Below are positions 59,962 through 64,000 of a DNA stretch of 64,000 nt, one piece after another (position 1 is the first letter of the stretch; the number at the start of each line of letters is the position of its first letter). Under the pieces are notes generated by a model. It made no database searches, was not told the origin of the DNA, and worked only from the letters and a program-made list of their open reading frames with translations. Location of the stretch: contig JBFWMA010000003.1 of assembly GCA_050251875.1 (NCBI GenBank), positions 160,001 to 224,000 on the forward strand, written 5' to 3'. This DNA is from Deferribacterales bacterium. Lineage in GTDB: Bacteria > Chrysiogenota > Deferribacteres > Deferribacterales > Geovibrionaceae. Position numbers and translations under genes: made by a program.

Positions 59962-61455
59962 TCAGATATTGCTGAGAAAGATAGTGATTCTCGCCCCTTT
60001 GGATGTGTTCTCCGCCTTTATGGAGCCTTTGTATTTTTCTTCTATCAGTCTTTTCAGGATATAGAGCCCCAGACCTTTCTGTTTGCTGTTGAAAGATGAT
60101 GAGGTGTACGGCTCGAAAACAGAGCTGAGTATATCGGCTGGTATGCCTCCGGCATCGTCCTCCACAGTTATCATCGTGCCGTCCATCAGGGATGCGGCGC
60201 TTATGCGGATGCTGACCGTTTTCTGGTTCCTCTTTTTCACGGCGAATGCGATGTTGTCCAGCAGCTTTATGAATATTTCCAGAATATCCTGCTCGGTGGC
60301 TTTTATCTGGATATCTTCCGCCACCTCCACGCTTATCTTGAGAGTGGAGAATATCATAATATTTTTTATATATTCCACAGCGTGCAGACATTCCGTGTGC
60401 AGGTGAATCATTTCCAGCTCGTCATTCTCTTCATAAAGCCGGGTGAAGCGGGTTATGGTGCCTGACAGATTCTGAAGCTCATGCTGAGCCAGAGAAGTGA
60501 TCTCTTTGATATATTCCGGGGTGGCTGTCTTGTCCAGCACCTCTTCACGGATATCCTCCAGCATCAGCGAAACGGCGTTCAGAGGCTGGCGCCAGTGGTG
60601 GGCAATATTCATCAGCATGCCGTTCAGTGCTCTGTGCCTCTGGTGTTCGTATATTATTCTGGCGCTCTCTATATTTTTGGACGTCTCTTCGTCCACCTTC
60701 ACCTGAAGAGACCTGTTTATGTTTATCAGCTCGTCTGTTCTCGCCTCTATAGTGTCGCCCAGGCTGTTGATGCCTTTTACCAGAGAATTGATCTCGTTGG
60801 ACGATTTCAGTCCCAGATGCTCATAGTTTCCGTCCTCCATCCGGCTCAGGTGCGGAAGGATAATGTCGAAGGGCTTGCGCACCATGATATAGAAGATAAA
60901 GATGAAGAAAACGATGATAGCGGCTGTGAAGGTGCCGATACTCAGAATCACCGTGATGGTGTTCTGTCGGACTATCTTCTGATAATGCTCTCCGTTGGAA
61001 TATATTATGATATGCCAGCTCCACGGCTGAAAAGTCAGCTCGGCATTGGCATAGCTCAGGTCATCGTGATTTATTTTGTTCAGCTTGATTGTGTCTCCGC
61101 ATGAATCTATCAGCGCTTTTCCGTTCTCTGTGATGGCATAGCAGTACTGGCTGTAGTCGGCGAATTTATCCAGCTCGGTCAGCGTCTCCTGCTTTATGGT
61201 GGGTTCCAGGGTTCTGAACATCTCCTGGTCGCTTCCGTGCGTGAGAAACAGGGTGGTATACTTGCTCTCGGTGATGTAGAAAACCCTTTTCACCTCATTG
61301 TTCACATTGGACTGGGTGATGGTTTTCAGATCCTGAAGAGAGTTTTTATAGAGTATCTTCGCCCCCAGATATGTGAAGGCGATGCTGATTATGATTACCG
61401 GGGCAAAAACACGAAATAAGAGTGATGATAATAGTTTTTCAAAAAATCGATTCAT
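59962..61455 (-). CDS. Membrane sensor histidine kinase (HAMP)
   Basis: Two TMs, HAMP, H-box IAHHWRQPLN, EDDAGGI, FEPY, GLGLY. Confidence 0.9.
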   Translation of the reverse strand: MNRFFEKLLSSLLFRVFAPVIIISIAFTYLGAKILYKNSLQDLKTITQSNVNNEVKRVFYITESKYTTLFLTHGSDQEMFRTLEPTIKQETLTELDKFADYSQYCYAITENGKALIDSCGDTIKLNKINHDDLSYANAELTFQPWSWHIIIYSNGEHYQKIVRQNTITVILSIGTFTAAIIVFFIFIFYIMVRKPFDIILPHLSRMEDGNYEHLGLKSSNEINSLVKGINSLGDTIEARTDELININRSLQVKVDEETSKNIESARIIYEHQRHRALNGMLMNIAHHWRQPLNAVSLMLEDIREEVLDKTATPEYIKEITSLAQHELQNLSGTITRFTRLYEENDELEMIHLHTECLHAVEYIKNIMIFSTLKISVEVAEDIQIKATEQDILEIFIKLLDNIAFAVKKRNQKTVSIRISAASLMDGTMITVEDDAGGIPADILSSVFEPYTSSSFNSKQKGLGLYILKRLIEEKYKGSIKAENTSKGARITIFLSNI

Positions 61456-62285
61456 TGCTTATTATACAACATAAATTCTTTTTTCATGCGTGAAAATATT
61501 GCTTCATCCGCCGGGACAGCGCCGTATTTGAAATTATAGTCCATCTGTTTGGCGTCTTTGGCATCCTGCGGGTCGTTAACAGGGTCGAAGCTGAGAATAG
61601 CATTCTTCAGTCTGTCTATCTCGTCTCTGCTCATGGTTTTTGTATTCGCCACGATGGTGAAGCCGGGATAGGGTTCGCTGGTAGATATTATTTTTATCCC
61701 CTGAAACTCATAGCTTTTGGCTATGGCGGTTTGGAGCGATCCTGTCTGCGCCTTGCCCAGCAGAACATCCAGCACCACGCTGGTGTGGTTTCCGCTGTAA
61801 TAATAGTCCACGGAATCTATCTCTCTGTTCAGCTTGCTGAACTCCAGAAAAGCGTTGAATCGTCCGCATGTGGAGAGCGGTTTTGTCAGGGCTATGGTGC
61901 CTCTGAAGTCTTTCAGGGAGCTTGCGCCGTCTTTCATGGCTATGATGGAACAGGAATAGCTGGGAGTCCCCTCCGGAGAGAGCAGAGTCGCTACCTTTTC
62001 CAGATACGGATATTTCCTTTCTATCTCAAGCAGAGGCAGCGGACCTAGATAGGCTATGTCTACTTTGCCCATTTCAAAAGCGTTTACTATCTGGGTGTTT
62101 TCCAGATTATATTCAGTCTTTATGTCCAGCCCGGACTTGCGGGCTATCATTCTGATGAAAGGTTCGTGAATTTTGGCGGATGTCTCCACCTTGTCTTTTA
62201 TCACAGGTGAATAGACCAGCGGCGAAGTCTTCGCTCCGGCGGGAACGACAACGGCTAATAAAATGATGAAAAGAAAACGCTTCAT
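61452..62285 (-). CDS. PhnD/phosphate-phosphonate-type periplasmic binding protein
   Basis: Signal peptide; VDIAYLGP, STCG, GNHTSVVLDVL.G; ATGA overlap with the kinase. Confidence 0.8.
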   Translation of the reverse strand: MKRFLFIILLAVVVPAGAKTSPLVYSPVIKDKVETSAKIHEPFIRMIARKSGLDIKTEYNLENTQIVNAFEMGKVDIAYLGPLPLLEIERKYPYLEKVATLLSPEGTPSYSCSIIAMKDGASSLKDFRGTIALTKPLSTCGRFNAFLEFSKLNREIDSVDYYYSGNHTSVVLDVLLGKAQTGSLQTAIAKSYEFQGIKIISTSEPYPGFTIVANTKTMSRDEIDRLKNAILSFDPVNDPQDAKDAKQMDYNFKYGAVPADEAIFSRMKKEFMLYNKQ

Positions 62286-62358
62286 ATCATTTCACCTTTA
62301 ACAACGATTACTTATATCATTATACCACCATTGTCCGGAATTGATAGTTATTGCTACT

Positions 62359-62379
62359 AATAAATAATTATTATTTATT
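62359..62379. promoter_or_regulatory. AT-rich 10-1-10 palindrome (candidate operator)
   Basis: AATAAATAAT-T-ATTATTTATT in the divergent phnD-like/Rrf2 intergenic region. Confidence 0.45.
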
Positions 62380-62455
62380 GTTTGCGTGAGAATTATTCAG
62401 GAGAAAATATGACGATATTCATGACAATGTAGTAATTGAGGGTATATAATTAAGT

Positions 62456-62884
62456 ATGAGGATATCTAAAAAAACTGAGTATGCAGTACACAGCATACTC
62501 TATATATCCAACAAGAACCGCTGTGTACTTCTGGATGAGCTGGCAATGCAGGGAATATCCAGAGAGTATCTGGCAAAGGTCATGCGTATGCTGACCAAAA
62601 GTAAAATACTCAAGTCCTCCGTGGGGGTTAACGGTGGATATGTACTGGCCAGAACGGCAGACATGATTACTCTCGAAGATATTTTCAATGCAGTAGAGGG
62701 CGAAAATTTTTACAAATGCGAAGCGGAAGCCAGAAGGTGTGTTTTAGGCGAGGACTGTAAGCTGTCCGTTATATTTCAGGATGCCAGAGAAAAATTTCTG
62801 GAAGAGTTGAGAAAATATACCATAGCGGATATAATGAGCGGGCTTGATTCCGAATTAAGCTGGCTCAACGCAGAGGTTACCTGA
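62456..62884 (+). CDS. Rrf2 family regulator with three C-terminal Cys
   Basis: TEYAVH, YLAKVM..L, GVNGGYVLAR, C-x6-C-x5-C. Confidence 0.92.
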   Translation: MRISKKTEYAVHSILYISNKNRCVLLDELAMQGISREYLAKVMRMLTKSKILKSSVGVNGGYVLARTADMITLEDIFNAVEGENFYKCEAEARRCVLGEDCKLSVIFQDAREKFLEELRKYTIADIMSGLDSELSWLNAEVT

Positions 62885-63938
62885 CGCTCTCCCACCAGCG
62901 ATCCGCCGGCATATATACGCCGGGATTGACAGGCTCGCCCTGTATAGGCGTGGTATAGGTCAGACCCTTCTGATCCGCCTCTTTGGTGAATCTTTCTATG
63001 GGTTCTGTCCATACGAAGTCTGACAGCTGGAATGTACCCCAGTGGATGGGAAGCACAGCCGCCGCTTTCAGATCGGATGCCGCCTGTACGGCTTCTTCCG
63101 GCGTCATATGGTTTTGTTTCCATGCCTTGTTGTATGCTCCTATATCGAGCATTGCAAGGTCGAAACCGCCGTATGTCTCGCCCAGAGTCCTGAAATCGGG
63201 GATGTAGCCGGTGTCGGCGCTGAAATACAGCTTGTATTCTCCGGGCTCTATGACGAAAGACGACCAGAATGTCTTATTGCGGTCGAACAGACCTCTCTTG
63301 GACATATGGCTTGCCGGAGCCGCTGTAATGACGAGATCTTTCATCATGAACGATCCGCCCCAGTCGAGCTCTATTATCTTGTCCGGAGAAACTCCCCAGT
63401 CGGTGAGATATTGACCCACTCCCAGAGAGACGATGAAAAAGCGTGTCCTGTCATTAAGCTCGGTCACGGCTTTTTTATCCAGATGATCGTAGTGGTTGTG
63501 GGATATTATCACTGCGTCCAGTTCTCCTGTGTCCACTCCCTCTATGGGTTGGATGGACTCGAATCTCTTTGGTCCTATAAACCGGGAGAAAGAGGCCCGC
63601 TCGGAAAAAACCGGATCGGTGAGTATCTTCATATCGTTGTATTTTATCAGCAGACAGGCGTGGCTGACCCAAGTGACTTCCAGAGCGCCGTTAGTATCTG
63701 ACTGCACATATTCAGATGTCAGCTTGATAGCCGGAGGCGGAGTGGACGGCTGAAGGTCGCCCGAGCCGAAAAGAACCTTCATGGCAGAACCGAAAACACG
63801 GGAGCCTTTGTGTTCATCGGGGGCGGTGTTGTGAAATCTGCCGTCTCTGAAGTGATCGGAGTCATATTTTATATCGGATGCCGGAATAAAAAAATAGCCG
63901 GCGAGTACCAGAACTATTATCAGAACCCATTTAAACAT
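62877..63938 (-). CDS. MBL-fold metallohydrolase (RomA/NAPE-PLD-like)
   Basis: TDPVFSERAS, SHNHYDHLD, DTGY, IGAY, PIHWGTF. Confidence 0.88.
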   Translation of the reverse strand: MFKWVLIIVLVLAGYFFIPASDIKYDSDHFRDGRFHNTAPDEHKGSRVFGSAMKVLFGSGDLQPSTPPPAIKLTSEYVQSDTNGALEVTWVSHACLLIKYNDMKILTDPVFSERASFSRFIGPKRFESIQPIEGVDTGELDAVIISHNHYDHLDKKAVTELNDRTRFFIVSLGVGQYLTDWGVSPDKIIELDWGGSFMMKDLVITAAPASHMSKRGLFDRNKTFWSSFVIEPGEYKLYFSADTGYIPDFRTLGETYGGFDLAMLDIGAYNKAWKQNHMTPEEAVQAASDLKAAAVLPIHWGTFQLSDFVWTEPIERFTKEADQKGLTYTTPIQGEPVNPGVYMPADRWWESVR

Positions 63939-63947
63939 ATAAGATAC

Positions 63948-64000
63948 CTATTTCCACTCTCCGAAATGCACTGTGCAGTTCCTGTCTTTCTTGGCGTTGT
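63948..64000 (-). CDS. 3' end of a gene entering from outside the window (possibly a GGDEF C-terminus)
   Basis: ...NAKKDRNCTVHFGEWK* ends 9 nt before the MBL start; AK..RN resembles a GGDEF tail. Confidence 0.35.
   Translation of the reverse strand, partial: NAKKDRNCTVHFGEWK

Overview
Mostly core-genome DNA from a Gram-negative bacterium. The gene content and order suggest an anaerobe, possibly Deferribacterota; this is an inference and was not verified. Housekeeping blocks include: ackA; ruvB-radA-fabI-znuCB; parAB-bactofilin-tpiA-secG-peptide ABC transporter; trkAH-hypF; rsmF-like/csd6-like/csd4-like/acylphosphatase; TPP riboswitch-thiCEL; gap-pgk; gpmI; dksA; rlmH/rlmB; tkt; two GT9 LPS transferases; pheA-hisC-aroF-tyrA-aroA-cmk-ispH-rpsA-sppA; and comM. 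I saw no rRNA, tRNA, CRISPR array or transposase. The most unusual element is a minus-strand gene at 43472..46627. It is a single 1051-codon frame interrupted by one in-frame TAA at codon 107. It encodes a secreted Ig-like surface protein that ends in a Gly-rich-Cys/TM/basic C-terminal-type sorting signal, then continues without a stop into a second signal peptide and a ~155-aa outer-membrane beta-barrel. This makes it a candidate bacterial polyprotein. Other leads are two candidate sRNAs (one with a 10-aa ORF and a GGA cluster), a lipoprotein-type acetolactate decarboxylase, a coupled csd6/csd4-like cell-shape pair, several apparently leaderless genes, and candidate TetR, AraC and Fur-like operators.
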